A stretch of 64,000 bases of DNA from assembly GCA_030650425.1 (NCBI GenBank), contig JAUSED010000003.1, forward strand, positions 263,903 through 327,902, written 5' to 3'. Within the stretch, counting starts at the first letter, position 1. Each line of letters opens with the position of its first letter. The stretch comes from Candidatus Omnitrophota bacterium (GTDB lineage: Bacteria > Omnitrophota > Gorgyraeia > Gygaellales > Profunditerraquicolaceae). The position numbers were made by a program, and so were the translations under genes. Positions 1 through 11,513 of the stretch are shown in pieces. A model generated the notes under the pieces. The model saw only the letters and a list, made by a program, of their open reading frames with translations. It was not told the origin of the DNA and ran no database searches.

Positions 1-34
1 AAATGGAAGAGGTTAGCTCATTGGAGGAGGTCAA

Positions 35-1423
35 ATGAAAATAGTTATGTGCGCATCAGAGGTAGTTCCTTTTGCTAAGACCGGCGGGCTCGCGGATGTT
101 GCCGGGGCATTACCGTTGGCCTTGGAAAAAGAGGGGCAGGAAGTAATTATCATTATGCCGCGCTATAAGGCCATCGATGCGGCTAAATTCAACCTTAAAA
201 AATTAAAAGACGGGGTTTTGACCGGAGTAACGGGGAAAAATATTAAGGTTTATTTTATTGAGAAGGAAGGATATTTTGGCCGCGATGGTTTATATGGAGA
301 TAAAAACGGCGACCACCAAGATAATCTAGACAGGTTTGCTTATTATTGCCGGAAGTCTTTGGATTTATTGAAAGAGATTAATTTTAAACCGGAGATTATC
401 CATTGCCATGATTGGCAATCATCCTTAGTCCCGGTTTTCTTAAAGACTATTTACGCCAAAGATCCATTTTACCAAAAGATCCGGACTATCCTCACCATCC
501 ACAATATCGGCTATCAGGGGCTTTTCGCTAAGGAGGAATTTCCGAAGCTAGGCCTGGATTGGAGCTTTTTCAATATGGAGGGGTTGGAATTTTACGGCAA
601 GGTAAATATTTTAAAAGGCGGAATGCTTTTTTCCGATATTATCAATACGGTCAGCCCTACCTATGCAGAGGAAATCCAGACCAAGGAATTTGGTTTTGGG
701 TTAGAGGGAGTATTAGATAAGCGCCGGGATGCGGTTTTCGGTATCTTAAACGGCTTGGATTATGATATCTGGAACCCGGAGACGGATAAATTTATCGCCA
801 AAAATTTCTCTAGGTTAGAGCCAGCAGGAAAAGCGAAAGACAAAGAAGACCTCCAGTCGCTTTGCAAGTTTCCGCTTAAAAAAGATGTACCTCTATTCGG
901 TATAGTTTCAAGGCTGGCAGAACAAAAAGGGTTTGATATCCTTGCTGAAGGTATTGATGAGATTTGCAAAATGAATATTCAAATGGTAATTTTGGGAACA
1001 GGTGATCTAAAATACCATGAAGTTATGCAAAACATGGTCGCTAAATACCCCAAGGTCATCTCTTTAGCCTTGAAATTCGACGATGTTTTGGCGCACAAGA
1101 TTTATGCCGGGAGCGACATTTTCCTTATGCCTTCAAAGTATGAGCCCTGCGGTTTGGGACAGTTAATCAGTTTGAGATATGGGACGATTCCTTTGGTTTT
1201 TAAGACCGGAGGGCTCGCCGATACGGTAAATTCAGAAAACGGGTTTGTCTTTGATCATTATTCCAAAATCCGGCTGGTAAAAACGATCAGGAAAGCGGCT
1301 GACACATTTAAAGATAAAGCTGATTGGGCTCAATTGGTGGAGCGGGCGATGAAACTGGATTTTTCATGGAAGGCTTCTGCCAAGAAGTATTTAGAGTTGT
1401 ATGCCAAAACAAAGAGAAAATAA
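35..1423 (+). CDS. glgA: glycogen synthase (GT5)
   Basis: KTGGLADV, HCHDWQ, TIHNIGYQG and EPCGL motifs; GGAGG RBS upstream. Confidence 0.96.
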   Translation: MKIVMCASEVVPFAKTGGLADVAGALPLALEKEGQEVIIIMPRYKAIDAAKFNLKKLKDGVLTGVTGKNIKVYFIEKEGYFGRDGLYGDKNGDHQDNLDRFAYYCRKSLDLLKEINFKPEIIHCHDWQSSLVPVFLKTIYAKDPFYQKIRTILTIHNIGYQGLFAKEEFPKLGLDWSFFNMEGLEFYGKVNILKGGMLFSDIINTVSPTYAEEIQTKEFGFGLEGVLDKRRDAVFGILNGLDYDIWNPETDKFIAKNFSRLEPAGKAKDKEDLQSLCKFPLKKDVPLFGIVSRLAEQKGFDILAEGIDEICKMNIQMVILGTGDLKYHEVMQNMVAKYPKVISLALKFDDVLAHKIYAGSDIFLMPSKYEPCGLGQLISLRYGTIPLVFKTGGLADTVNSENGFVFDHYSKIRLVKTIRKAADTFKDKADWAQLVERAMKLDFSWKASAKKYLELYAKTKRK

Positions 1424-2012
1424 GAAGATTATAATTGGCGTTACCGGAAGTTTCGGGAGCGGTAAAAGCACGGTTAGCGGAATACTTGCCGCTTACGGAG
1501 CGCGGATTATCGATGCCGATAAAATAGCGGCAAACTGCCTTAAGGCCGGAAGCAGGATTTACCAAAAGGTAATTTCAGCCTTTGGCGATAAGGTTATCGC
1601 TAAAGATGGCGAGATTGACCGGGCCGGCTTAGCTAAGATTGTTTTTAACGATAAGAAATTATTGAAAAAGTTAAATCATATTGTCCATCCTGAGGTAATC
1701 AGGATGATTAAAGCAAAAATTGACAGTATAAAGAAAGGAGTGATTATTTTGGATGCGCCTTTATTGCTGGAGGCGGGTTTGGTGAAGGCGGTAGATAAAT
1801 TAATTGTGGTAACCATAGATCCAGATACGCAAATTAAGCGTCTGCTTAAGAAAACGCGCTTAAAGAGGGCAGATATCCTGAAAAGAATAAGGTCTCAGAT
1901 TTCGCAAAACGCGAAGTCACGTTTTGCGAATTTTATTATAGATAACAGTAGTTCGTTGCGGAGTACAAAAAAACAAGTATTACAAATAAGGAGGAAGTTG
2001 TGGAAAAGTTAG
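1401..2012 (+). CDS. coaE: dephospho-CoA kinase
   Basis: [14 protein letters not shown]-loop, [22 protein letters not shown]. Confidence 0.95.
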   Translation: MPKQRENKKIIIGVTGSFGSGKSTVSGILAAYGARIIDADKIAANCLKAGSRIYQKVISAFGDKVIAKDGEIDRAGLAKIVFNDKKLLKKLNHIVHPEVIRMIKAKIDSIKKGVIILDAPLLLEAGLVKAVDKLIVVTIDPDTQIKRLLKKTRLKRADILKRIRSQISQNAKSRFANFIIDNSSSLRSTKKQVLQIRRKLWKS

Positions 2013-3256
2013 ATATAAAGAACCTGAAAGAGATGAAAATTACCGAACTAAATAAACTGGCTAAAGAACTTAACGCCAACGGGACCAGCGGCCTGAAGAA
2101 ACAGGACCTGATTTTTAAAATTCTGCAGGCGCAGGCGGAAAAAGAAGGGCTGATGTTCGGCGAAGGAGTTTTAGAGATTTTACCCGAGGGGTTCGGTTTT
2201 TTAAGGAGCCCGAATTATAATTATCTTCCCTGTCCGGACGATATCTATATCTCGCCTTCGCAGATCAGGAAGTTTGATTTAAGGACAGGGGATACGGTTT
2301 CGGGCCAAATCCGTCCTCCTAAAGAGGGCGAAAAATATTTTGCCCTGCTTAAGGTCGAGGCGGTAAATTTCGAAAATCCCGAAGAAGTAAAAGAGAAGGT
2401 TCTCTTTGATAATCTTACTCCAGTTTACCCTAAGGAGGCGTTTAATTTAGAGACCAAGCCGGATGAAATATCGATGCGTATCATGAATCTGCTCGCTCCG
2501 ATAGGTAAGGGCCAGCGCGGCCTGATTGTTGCCCAGCCGTATAGCGGTAAAACCGTGCTCTTGCAAAAATTGGCTAATGCCATTACTACTAATAATCCGG
2601 ATGTGATTTTAATTGTCCTCTTGATTGATGAGCGTCCGGAGGAAGTTACGGATATGCAGCGGCATGTGCGGGGAGAGGTTATTTCTTCGACTTTTGATGA
2701 ACCCCCGGAGAGGCATATTCAGGTAGCGGAAATTGTTTTGGAAAAGGCCAAGCGGTTGGTTGAGCATAAGCGCGATGTGGTGGTGTTACTGGATAGCATT
2801 ACGCGTCTGGCCCGCGCTTATAACGCGGTTGTTCCGCATAGCGGCAAGGTTCTTTCAGGCGGTATTGATTCTAATGCCCTGCAAAAGCCCAAGAGGTTCT
2901 TTGGCGCGGCGCGCGCGGTTGAAGAAGGCGGGAGTTTAACGATTATCGCGACCGCGCTGGTGGATACCGGCAGCCGGATGGATGAAGTTATCTTTGAAGA
3001 GTTTAAAGGCACCGGTAACATGGAGACCCAGCTTGATAGAAACCTCTTCCAGCGCAGGATCTATCCGGCAATTGATATTAAGCGTTCCAATACCCGCCAT
3101 GAAGAATTATTGGTTAAGTCGGATGTGTTGGGGAAGACTTGGATTTTAAGGAAAGTGCTTAATGAATTAAATAACGTTGAGGCGATGGAGTTGTTGATTG
3201 AGAAGTTGGGCAAGACCAAGAATAATGAAGAGTTTCTAAGCAGCATGAATCAATAA
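2000..3256 (+). CDS. rho: transcription termination factor Rho
   Basis: [46 protein letters not shown]; GTG start. Confidence 0.98.
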   Translation: MEKLDIKNLKEMKITELNKLAKELNANGTSGLKKQDLIFKILQAQAEKEGLMFGEGVLEILPEGFGFLRSPNYNYLPCPDDIYISPSQIRKFDLRTGDTVSGQIRPPKEGEKYFALLKVEAVNFENPEEVKEKVLFDNLTPVYPKEAFNLETKPDEISMRIMNLLAPIGKGQRGLIVAQPYSGKTVLLQKLANAITTNNPDVILIVLLIDERPEEVTDMQRHVRGEVISSTFDEPPERHIQVAEIVLEKAKRLVEHKRDVVVLLDSITRLARAYNAVVPHSGKVLSGGIDSNALQKPKRFFGAARAVEEGGSLTIIATALVDTGSRMDEVIFEEFKGTGNMETQLDRNLFQRRIYPAIDIKRSNTRHEELLVKSDVLGKTWILRKVLNELNNVEAMELLIEKLGKTKNNEEFLSSMNQ

Positions 3257-3283
3257 CCAAGCCAGAAAAGGAGAGTAAAAAAA

Positions 3284-3484
3284 ATGAAAGACAAGATTCA
3301 TCCCAACTACAAAGAAAGCACGATTATCTGCGCTTGCGGAGAGACAGTGCATACCCGTTCGACCAAACCTTCGGTAAGAGTAGAAATCTGTTCGAAGTGC
3401 CATCCGTTTTTTACCGGAAAACAGAAATTTGTTGATTCTGCCGGTAGGGTGGATAAGTTTCTTAAGAAATACGGTAAAAAATAA
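3284..3484 (+). CDS. rpmE: 50S ribosomal protein L31 (Zn-binding type)
   Basis: [28 protein letters not shown]. Confidence 0.97.
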   Translation: MKDKIHPNYKESTIICACGETVHTRSTKPSVRVEICSKCHPFFTGKQKFVDSAGRVDKFLKKYGKK

Positions 3485-4554
3485 TGTTTGAACAGCTGCA
3501 AAAATTAGAAGCGCGCTACAACGAGCTGGAAGGGCTTTTGAGTTCTCCGGAGGTGCTTAGCGACCGTGAGCGATCGAATAAGTTGGCTAAGGAGCTCTCC
3601 GATATAAAGGAGCCGGTTGCTTTATATCGTGAGCATAAACGCATCTTAAAAGAACTTCAGGAATTAGAAGTTGTTTCCAAAGAAAAACACGACCAGGAAT
3701 TCCTGGATTTAGCCAGTAAAGAGCTGGTAGAGCTTAAGGGTAAGCTGCAAGAGATAGAGACAAAAATAAAAGAGGCCTTTACCGGGAAAGATAAAGACGC
3801 CGGACACGATATCATTGTGGAGATACGTCAGGGGACGGGCGGAGATGAAGCCGGTTTATTTGCCTCGGATCTTTACCGGATGTACACAAAATACGCGGGA
3901 AACAAAGGCTGGTCAGTGGAATTAATGTCAGCGGCGACTAATGAATCCGGCGGTTTTAAAGAAGTATCTTTTAGCGTAAAAGGTAAAGACGCCTATAGCA
4001 GGTTAAAGTTTGAGAGCGGAGTGCACAGGGTACAGCGCGTTCCGACAACTGAATCGCAAGGAAGGATTCATACTTCGACGGCGACAGTGGCGATTTTAGT
4101 CGAGCCGGAAGAGGTGGATTTAGTGATTGAGCCTGCCGATTTAAGGATCGATACTTACCGCTCAAGCGGCCCGGGCGGCCAGCATATGCAAAAAACCGAT
4201 TCCGCGGTGCGCATTACGCATCTTCCTACGGGGGTCGTGGTTGCCTGTCAAGACGAGCGTTCGCAGTTAAAAAATAAGAACAAGGCGATGAGAGTTTTAC
4301 GCGCCAAGCTCCTTGATGCTAAACGAGAGGCCGAGTCCAAGAGATTATCTAAAGAAAGAAAATCCCAAATCGGTTCAGGGGACCGGAGCGAGAAAGTCCG
4401 CACTTATAACTTCCCGGATCGCAGAGTTACGGACCATCGTATAAATTTTACTACCCATCAGTTAGAAGCTGTACTGGAAGGTGATTTTGATGAAATATCT
4501 GAAGCCCTGATTAAAGCGGAAAAAGAGCAGAAACAGAAGGCGTCTTATGAATGA
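3484..4554 (+). CDS. prfA: peptide chain release factor 1
   Basis: ESGVHRVQRVPTTESQGRIHTS (PxT anticodon motif), GGQ, RTYNFP; followed by prmC. Confidence 0.97.
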   Translation: MFEQLQKLEARYNELEGLLSSPEVLSDRERSNKLAKELSDIKEPVALYREHKRILKELQELEVVSKEKHDQEFLDLASKELVELKGKLQEIETKIKEAFTGKDKDAGHDIIVEIRQGTGGDEAGLFASDLYRMYTKYAGNKGWSVELMSAATNESGGFKEVSFSVKGKDAYSRLKFESGVHRVQRVPTTESQGRIHTSTATVAILVEPEEVDLVIEPADLRIDTYRSSGPGGQHMQKTDSAVRITHLPTGVVVACQDERSQLKNKNKAMRVLRAKLLDAKREAESKRLSKERKSQIGSGDRSEKVRTYNFPDRRVTDHRINFTTHQLEAVLEGDFDEISEALIKAEKEQKQKASYE

Positions 4555-5332
4555 AGCGGAATTATTATTTAGCCAGGTTTTAGGCTGCGATCGGCTGGCC
4601 TTATCTTTAAACAAGGATCGGTATTTAGGCAGGGAAGAGCTCGATTTTATTACTTGTAGCCTGAAGAGAAGAATAAAAGGCGAACCCATTCAATATATTT
4701 TGGGTAAGATGGAGTTTATGGGGCTAGAGCTAAAGATAAAACAAGATGTGCTGATTCCCCGGCCGGAGACAGAGATACTCGTTCAAACAGCGTTAAAATA
4801 TATTAAGCAGGAAAAATCGCGAAAGATCCTGGATTTAGGGACAGGTTCAGGCTGTATCGCCATATCCTTAGGCAAAAATTCAGCGAATCTAGAAATAGAT
4901 GCCAGCGATATCTCGAGTTCGGCTTTAGCCGTTGCTAAAGAGAACGCGGGCTTAAACGGAGTAAAGATAGATTTTGTGTTGAGCGATTTATTTAGGGGGC
5001 TAAGAAATAAAAAATATGATCTGATTACCAGTAATCCGCCTTATGTTAGAGAGGGAGAAATTACAAAATTGCAGCCAGAGTTGCAATTTGAGCCTAAGCT
5101 TGCTTTAAATGGCGGGCCAGACGGATTAGATTTTTACCGCCGTATAATTTCAGGCTCAGCAAATTATTTACAAAAAAACGGCCTCTTAATTATGGAGATG
5201 GGTTTTGAACAAAAGCCCGATATAGAAACAATATTTTTAGATTTAGGAAAATTTAAGTTAATAGAAGTTATTAAAGATTACAATAATATTGATAGAGTGA
5301 TTGTGGCAAGAAAGGCAGACATAAATGGATAA
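4547..5332 (+). CDS. prmC: release factor glutamine methyltransferase HemK/PrmC
   Basis: EPIQYILG, LIPRPETE, DLGTGSG, NPPY. Confidence 0.96.
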   Translation: MNEAELLFSQVLGCDRLALSLNKDRYLGREELDFITCSLKRRIKGEPIQYILGKMEFMGLELKIKQDVLIPRPETEILVQTALKYIKQEKSRKILDLGTGSGCIAISLGKNSANLEIDASDISSSALAVAKENAGLNGVKIDFVLSDLFRGLRNKKYDLITSNPPYVREGEITKLQPELQFEPKLALNGGPDGLDFYRRIISGSANYLQKNGLLIMEMGFEQKPDIETIFLDLGKFKLIEVIKDYNNIDRVIVARKADING

Positions 5333-6587
5333 ATTAGTGATTGAAGGCGGAATAAAACTTAAGGGTGAAGTCACGATATCAGGGGCCAAGAACGCGGTCC
5401 TTCCCATACTGGCGGCGACCCTGCTTACTGATGACGCCTGCATTATTAAAGGCGTGCCGGATCTGCGCGATACGAATACCATGATAAAAATATTGCGTTC
5501 TTTGGGGAAGGACGCGGATTTAGAAAATGGTATTGTTTCGGTCAGTAGTCTGAAGAAGACAAATTGTGTCGCGGATTATAAACTGGTTTCTACGATGCGC
5601 GCGTCTTTTTGTGTTCTAGGCCCTCTATTAGGTAAATTCAAGAAAGCCAAAGTTTCTCTTCCCGGCGGCTGCGTTATCGGTGTGCGGCCGGTGGATTTGC
5701 ATTTAAAGGGGATAAGGGCGCTGGGTACGGAGGTTAATGTCGAATCCGGTTATGTGATTGCCAAGGCTAAAGAATTAAAAGGCAGCCATATTTATTTAGG
5801 CGGGGTCTACGGTTCATCTGTTTTGGCTACGGATAACGTAATGATGGCCGCGGTATTGGCCAGCGGAAAAACTGTGATTGAGTCCGCTGCCTGTGAGCCG
5901 GAAGTAGAGGATTTAGCGGAATTTCTGATTAAGATGGGCGCCAAGATTAAAGGCCATGGCACGCCTATCATTGAGATAGAAGGGGTGCGTCATTTACACG
6001 GCGCCAGCCACACAATCATCCCTGACAGGATTGAAGCAGGGACCATGATGTTGGCGGCTTTAATTACGCGCGGAAATATCCTGATTAAAAATGTTTTTTA
6101 TAAACATTTAGGCGCGCTCATTGACAGGCTGGAAGAAGCAGGCGCGTTAATGACTAAGACAGAAAATACTATACACATGCGTTATAGAGGACAGCTTAAG
6201 GCTATAAATATCAATACTCTTCCCTATCCGGGTTTTCCTACGGATATGCAGGCTCAGATGATGAGCTTAATGAGTGTGACCCCCGGTATAAGCGTGATTA
6301 CCGAAAAAATATATCCGGACAGGTTTATGCATGTAGCTGAACTTAACCGGATGGACGCGCGTATTCAGAGGGAAGGCCCGCACGCTATTGTTGAGGGGAG
6401 AGAAGAGCTTTCCGGAGCTCCGGTGATGGCTTCGGATCTAAGGGCTTCGGCGTGTTTAGTGCTTGCCGGTTTAGCCGCGAAAGGTAAAACCTCCATCTCC
6501 AGAATTTACCACTTGGAGCGCGGGTATGAAAATATGGAGGAAAAATTAGAGAAACTGGGGGCTAAAATTTGGAGAGAAAAAGAATGA
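5325..6587 (+). CDS. murA: UDP-N-acetylglucosamine 1-carboxyvinyltransferase
   Basis: [43 protein letters not shown]. Confidence 0.97.
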   Translation: MDKLVIEGGIKLKGEVTISGAKNAVLPILAATLLTDDACIIKGVPDLRDTNTMIKILRSLGKDADLENGIVSVSSLKKTNCVADYKLVSTMRASFCVLGPLLGKFKKAKVSLPGGCVIGVRPVDLHLKGIRALGTEVNVESGYVIAKAKELKGSHIYLGGVYGSSVLATDNVMMAAVLASGKTVIESAACEPEVEDLAEFLIKMGAKIKGHGTPIIEIEGVRHLHGASHTIIPDRIEAGTMMLAALITRGNILIKNVFYKHLGALIDRLEEAGALMTKTENTIHMRYRGQLKAININTLPYPGFPTDMQAQMMSLMSVTPGISVITEKIYPDRFMHVAELNRMDARIQREGPHAIVEGREELSGAPVMASDLRASACLVLAGLAAKGKTSISRIYHLERGYENMEEKLEKLGAKIWREKE

Positions 6588-7147
6588 TTTTAATGATTGA
6601 TAATTACGATTCGTTTACCTATAACTTGGTGCAATATTTGGGTTCGTTGCATCAGGAGGTAAAAGTATTTCGTAATGATAAAATTAGCGTGGAACAGATC
6701 AAGAAACTCTCACCTAAGAAAATCGTTATTTCTCCCGGGCCGGGCCGGCCGGAAGACGCGGGTATTTCTTGCGCGGCGGTAAAAGAATTAGCCGGAAAAA
6801 TTCCTCTTTTAGGAGTTTGTCTTGGGCATCAGGCTATAGGCTATGCTTACGGAGGAAAGATCGTCAATGCGAAGAACCTAATGCATGGGAAGACTTCAAT
6901 GATCTATCATAACAATAAGGAGATATTTAAAGGCCTGCCTGATCCTTTTGAAGCGACGCGCTATCATTCCTTGCTTGTAGAAAGAAACAGTCTTCCTGAA
7001 TGTCTTGAAATAACCGCTTGGACTAAGGAAAAAGAGATTATGGGATTAAGACATAAACAATATCCTCTTTGGGGAGTGCAGTTTCATCCCGAATCTATTC
7101 TTACTAAGCGCGGAATAGATATTTTAGCTAACTTTGTCAATCTATGA
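6584..7147 (+). CDS. trpG: anthranilate/aminodeoxychorismate synthase component II (glutamine amidotransferase)
   Basis: [33 protein letters not shown]; ATG at 6584 overlaps the murA stop (ATGA). Confidence 0.93.
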   Translation: MILMIDNYDSFTYNLVQYLGSLHQEVKVFRNDKISVEQIKKLSPKKIVISPGPGRPEDAGISCAAVKELAGKIPLLGVCLGHQAIGYAYGGKIVNAKNLMHGKTSMIYHNNKEIFKGLPDPFEATRYHSLLVERNSLPECLEITAWTKEKEIMGLRHKQYPLWGVQFHPESILTKRGIDILANFVNL

Positions 7148-8154
7148 TGATCAAGGAAGCGATCAATAAACTTATCGCGAAGAAAGATCTTACTGCCGAA
7201 GAGATGCAAGGCGTAATGTATGATATTTTAAACGGAGTCACTGAAACCGCGGATATTATCGCTTTTCTGACTTCTCTAAACGAAAAGGGAGAGACAGTAG
7301 AAGAGCTTACCGCGGCGGTCGAGATGATGCTTAAATATGTTGACCCGATCATCGTGGATAAACCGAATATACTGGATACCTGCGGCACGGGAGGGGACAA
7401 AAAGGGGACCTTTAATATCTCGACGATCAGCGCCTTGGTGGCGAGCGGCGCCGGAGTGATTGTGGCTAAGCATGGGAACCGTTCAGTTTCCAGTTCGTGC
7501 GGAAGCGCGGATATTTTAGAAGCCTTGGGCGTAAATATAAATATGGATAAGGCAAAAATAAAAAAGTGCCTCGAAGAAATAGGTATTGCCTTTTTATTCG
7601 CGCCAAAACTGCATCCAGCGATGAAAATTGTTTACCCGGCGCGTAAGCAGATCGCGGGTAAAACAATGTTCAATATCTTAGGCCCGTTAATTAATCCTGC
7701 CCGGGCGACCAACCAATTGATCGGGGTTTATAGCCCCCAATGGCCGCCGATCTTAGCCCGTGTTTTGCATAATTTGGGCTCAAAGCATGTTTTAGTCGTG
7801 CATGGAGCTGACGGTTTGGATGAGGTGACCACCGCGGATAAGACCTTTATTGCCGAGGTAAACCATGGTGAATTTAAAGATTACGAAATAAAACCGGAAG
7901 ATTTTGGTTTTCAGCGCGCTCGTCCGGAAGATTTATCAGGAGGCAGTTTATTTGATAATGTGCAGATTGTTTTAGATCTTTTAGAAGGAAAAGACGGATT
8001 TAAACGCGATATAGTTTTGTTAAATTCCGGCTGCGCTATTTACGCCGCGGATAAAGTCAAATCAATTAAGCAAGGGATAGAGTTGGCAAGGCAATCGATA
8101 GATAGTAAGGCAGCCTTAAGAAAGCTGGAGCTATTGAAGGAGTATTCGCGTTAA
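7144..8154 (+). CDS. trpD: anthranilate phosphoribosyltransferase
   Basis: [27 protein letters not shown]. Confidence 0.97.
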   Translation: MMIKEAINKLIAKKDLTAEEMQGVMYDILNGVTETADIIAFLTSLNEKGETVEELTAAVEMMLKYVDPIIVDKPNILDTCGTGGDKKGTFNISTISALVASGAGVIVAKHGNRSVSSSCGSADILEALGVNINMDKAKIKKCLEEIGIAFLFAPKLHPAMKIVYPARKQIAGKTMFNILGPLINPARATNQLIGVYSPQWPPILARVLHNLGSKHVLVVHGADGLDEVTTADKTFIAEVNHGEFKDYEIKPEDFGFQRARPEDLSGGSLFDNVQIVLDLLEGKDGFKRDIVLLNSGCAIYAADKVKSIKQGIELARQSIDSKAALRKLELLKEYSR

Positions 8155-8945
8155 TGTCAAAAATAGACAGGTTGAAAGAAATTATCTTAAAGAAAAAAGA
8201 GCGCCTAGCCTTGGCCAAGCAGCAAATTCCTGAGGAGGAATTGAAGGTAAGGGTTCAGGCGGTTACGCCTGCCAGGGCCTTTATTGAGGCGATCAAGAAA
8301 CCCCACCAGATTTCCCTGATTGCTGAGATAAAGAAGGCTTCTCCTTCGCAAGGAATTATCCGTCAGGATTTTAACCATCTGGAGATTGCCCGCGCTTATC
8401 AGGAAGCGGGGGTACAGGCGATATCGGTTTTAACCGAAGAAGACTACTTTCTAGGAAATATTTCTTATCTTAATGAAATTAAAAACCTGGTCAGCGTTCC
8501 GGTATTGCGTAAAGATTTTATCCTCGAGCCATATCAGGTTTACGAATCACGTTTTTACGGCGCTGATGCAATACTTCTTATAGCGGACCTACTCACGCAG
8601 GATGAAATCCTGCAATTTACGGCAATCGCCGCGGAATTGGGTATGGATTCTTTAGTGGAAGTGCACAACGAGAAAGAGTTGAAGAAGGTATTAAAATTAA
8701 AAGGCGTAGCGCTGATCGGGATAAATAACCGCGACCTGCGCACTTTCGAAGTTGACCCTAAGACTACCGAAAAATTGTTTACCCTTATTCCTAAAGATAA
8801 GCTGGTGGTGGTAGAGAGCGGGCTGAAAACTTATCAGGATATTCTCTTCTTAAAAATATTGGGCGTGCATGCTGTTTTGATTGGCACAGCTTTTATGCAG
8901 GCGGAAAATATCGCGGATAAAGTTAAAGAACTAATGGCATGGTAA
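8154..8945 (+). CDS. trpC: indole-3-glycerol phosphate synthase
   Basis: IAEIKKASPS, LRKDFI, IGINNRDL, ESG. Confidence 0.97.
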   Translation: MSKIDRLKEIILKKKERLALAKQQIPEEELKVRVQAVTPARAFIEAIKKPHQISLIAEIKKASPSQGIIRQDFNHLEIARAYQEAGVQAISVLTEEDYFLGNISYLNEIKNLVSVPVLRKDFILEPYQVYESRFYGADAILLIADLLTQDEILQFTAIAAELGMDSLVEVHNEKELKKVLKLKGVALIGINNRDLRTFEVDPKTTEKLFTLIPKDKLVVVESGLKTYQDILFLKILGVHAVLIGTAFMQAENIADKVKELMAW

Positions 8946-9550
8946 AAGTAAAAATTTGCGGGATTACTAATTTGGAAGACGCGCTAGCCAGCCTGTTTAG
9001 CGGCGCCAGCGCTATCGGCTTTGTATTTTATAAACAAAGCCCCCGTTTTATCGAGCCGATAAAGGCAAGCAATATTTCGCGAATCCTTCCTAAAAATATT
9101 TTAAGGGTCGGCGTATTTGTCGATGAGCAGGAGGCAAAAGTCAAAAAGATTGCTAAGTTATGTCACCTGGATATGCTCCAATTTCACGGGAATGAGGCCC
9201 CGGAATATTGTAAGAAGTTTAAGGTGTATAAAGTGATCAAGGCTTTTAGGCTGGATAAAAAATTAGATTTATCCGAGATATCAAAATATAGAACCTTTGC
9301 CTATCTTTTTGATACTTTCTCTAAAAACAAAGCCGGAGGCACAGGAAAAAAGTTTAACTGGAATTTATTGAGGAATATAGATAAAATAAGTGGTCAGGTT
9401 TTTCTATCCGGCGGCCTGACTAGCGCAAATGTAAAAAGCGCGATAAAAAAGCTCCATCCGGATTGGGTAGATGTTTCCAGCTCGGTGGAATCCAGGCCGG
9501 GTAAGAAGGATCATGCAAAAGTTAAGAAATTTATCGAGGCGGTAAAATGA
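8939..9550 (+). CDS. trpF: phosphoribosylanthranilate isomerase
   Basis: [25 protein letters not shown]. Confidence 0.96.
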   Translation: MVKVKICGITNLEDALASLFSGASAIGFVFYKQSPRFIEPIKASNISRILPKNILRVGVFVDEQEAKVKKIAKLCHLDMLQFHGNEAPEYCKKFKVYKVIKAFRLDKKLDLSEISKYRTFAYLFDTFSKNKAGGTGKKFNWNLLRNIDKISGQVFLSGGLTSANVKSAIKKLHPDWVDVSSSVESRPGKKDHAKVKKFIEAVK

Positions 9551-10731
9551 AGAAGCTACCTGACAAATTTGGGCATTTTGCGGAATTCGGCGGCAGGTTT
9601 GTGCCGGAAACGCTTATTTTTGCCTTGGATGAACTGGAAAATGAGTACAAGAAGTCTAAGTATGACCGAAAATTTAATGCCGAATTGAAGTATTATTTAA
9701 ATGAATACGCTGGCAGGCCAACGCCCCTATATCTTGCCAAGAAATTAAGCGATTATTTTGGGATAAATAAAATATATCTTAAGCGGGAAGATCTTTTGCA
9801 TACCGGAGCGCATAAAATCAATAATACCTTAGGGCAGGCGCTGCTTTGCCTGCGGATGGGAAAGAAGCGGGTAATCGCTGAGACTGGCGCAGGCCAGCAT
9901 GGCGTTGCCGCTGCTACCGTTGCCGCTCTTTTTGGTTTAAAATGCGATATTTATATGGGTGAAGAAGATATACAGAGGCAGAAGCAGAATGTTTTTCGTA
10001 TGCACTTATTGGGCGCGCGGGTCATTCCGGTAAAAAGCGGATCCAAAACCCTCAAAGACGCGATGACTGAAGCTTTGCGTGATTGGGTGACCAATGTGCG
10101 CGATACGCATTATATTATCGGGACAGTCGCCGGGCCGCATCCTTATCCAATGTTAGTCAGGGATTTCCAGTCTATCATCGGCAAAGAAGCAAAAATTCAA
10201 CTTAAGAAAAAGGGGATTGCCTTACCTGATTATTTAGTCGCTTGCGTTGGCGGAGGAAGTAATGCTATGGGATTATTCTATCCCTTTGTCGACACCAAAA
10301 AAGTAAAATTTATCGGCGTGGAAGCCGGCGGTAAAGGCCTCTCTACGGGAAAACACGCGGCCACTCTGGTTAACGGAGATATCGGAGTGCTGCACGGTTC
10401 AAAATCAGGGCTTTTAGAGGATAAATTTGGGCTTGTTATGCCTACGCATTCGATTTCCGCGGGTTTGGATTATCCGGGAGTAGGGCCTGAGCACGCTTAT
10501 TATAAGAAGATCGGCCGGGCTGAATATGTTTCGGTTAATGATAACGAAGCGCTAGAAGGATTTAATTTACTCTCGAAGTTAGAAGGTATCATCCCGGCTT
10601 TAGAATCCGCTCATGCCATTGCTTACTTAAAAAAATTAGCCAATAAAATCAATAAAAAATCCACGGTTATAGTTTGTCTCTCTGGCAGGGGCGATAAGGA
10701 TTTGGGGATAGTTACCAAAGGCAGGATATGA
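9547..10731 (+). CDS. trpB: tryptophan synthase beta chain
   Basis: [39 protein letters not shown]. Confidence 0.98.
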   Translation: MKKLPDKFGHFAEFGGRFVPETLIFALDELENEYKKSKYDRKFNAELKYYLNEYAGRPTPLYLAKKLSDYFGINKIYLKREDLLHTGAHKINNTLGQALLCLRMGKKRVIAETGAGQHGVAAATVAALFGLKCDIYMGEEDIQRQKQNVFRMHLLGARVIPVKSGSKTLKDAMTEALRDWVTNVRDTHYIIGTVAGPHPYPMLVRDFQSIIGKEAKIQLKKKGIALPDYLVACVGGGSNAMGLFYPFVDTKKVKFIGVEAGGKGLSTGKHAATLVNGDIGVLHGSKSGLLEDKFGLVMPTHSISAGLDYPGVGPEHAYYKKIGRAEYVSVNDNEALEGFNLLSKLEGIIPALESAHAIAYLKKLANKINKKSTVIVCLSGRGDKDLGIVTKGRI

Positions 10732-11513
10732 ATCGCATCGATAAAAAATTTAAAGAATTAAAAAAAACCAGAAGAAAAGTATTCATTGCCTTTATTACCG
10801 CGGGTTTCCCAAGTTTGGCTGTAACTGAGCAGCTAATTTATGAATTTGATAAAATTGGCGTGGATATTTTAGAGTTAGGAGTGCCTTTTTCCGATCCGAT
10901 GGCTGACGGCCCGGTAATTCAGGAAGCTTCTCAGCAAGCCCTAAAGAAAAACACGCATCTAGTCGATATATTGAGACTGGTGAAAAAGGCGCGTAAAAGC
11001 GTAAATATCCCGATTTGCCTAATGACTTATTATAATCCGATATTTTGTTTTCCGGATAAGAAGTTTATTGGCGAGGCAAAAAAATCCGGAGTAGATGGAA
11101 TAATCATTCCGGATCTACCTCCTGAAGAGGGGAGAGATTTTATCAAGGCCGCGCATTATGCCGGGTTGGATACGATATGTTTCCTTTCGCCTACCAGTTC
11201 CTTAAAAAGGATAAAATTTATCTCCAAGGTTTCAAAAGGATTCATCTACTACGTTTCTTTGACAGGAGTAACCGGCGCCCGTAAGAAGCTTGGGGAGGAT
11301 ATCCGCAAAAATATTAATTTGATTAAAAGATATACTAAAAAGCCGGTTTGTGTCGGTTTTGGGGTTTCCACCGCGTCTCAGGCAAGAGAGGTCAAGAAGT
11401 TTAGCGACGGAGTAATCATTGGAAGCGCGATCGTAAAAAAGATAAAAGAGAATATTGGTTCGCCTCTATTAATCAAGAAGGTAAGCAACTTTGTAACCCA
11501 ACTTAAGTCATGA
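10728..11513 (+). CDS. trpA: tryptophan synthase alpha chain
   Basis: [29 protein letters not shown]. Confidence 0.97.
   Translation: MNRIDKKFKELKKTRRKVFIAFITAGFPSLAVTEQLIYEFDKIGVDILELGVPFSDPMADGPVIQEASQQALKKNTHLVDILRLVKKARKSVNIPICLMTYYNPIFCFPDKKFIGEAKKSGVDGIIIPDLPPEEGRDFIKAAHYAGLDTICFLSPTSSLKRIKFISKVSKGFIYYVSLTGVTGARKKLGEDIRKNINLIKRYTKKPVCVGFGVSTASQAREVKKFSDGVIIGSAIVKKIKENIGSPLLIKKVSNFVTQLKS

Noticed and set aside
1-38. 3' end of an upstream gene overlapping the glgA start (ATGA)
   Set aside because: Too short to identify.
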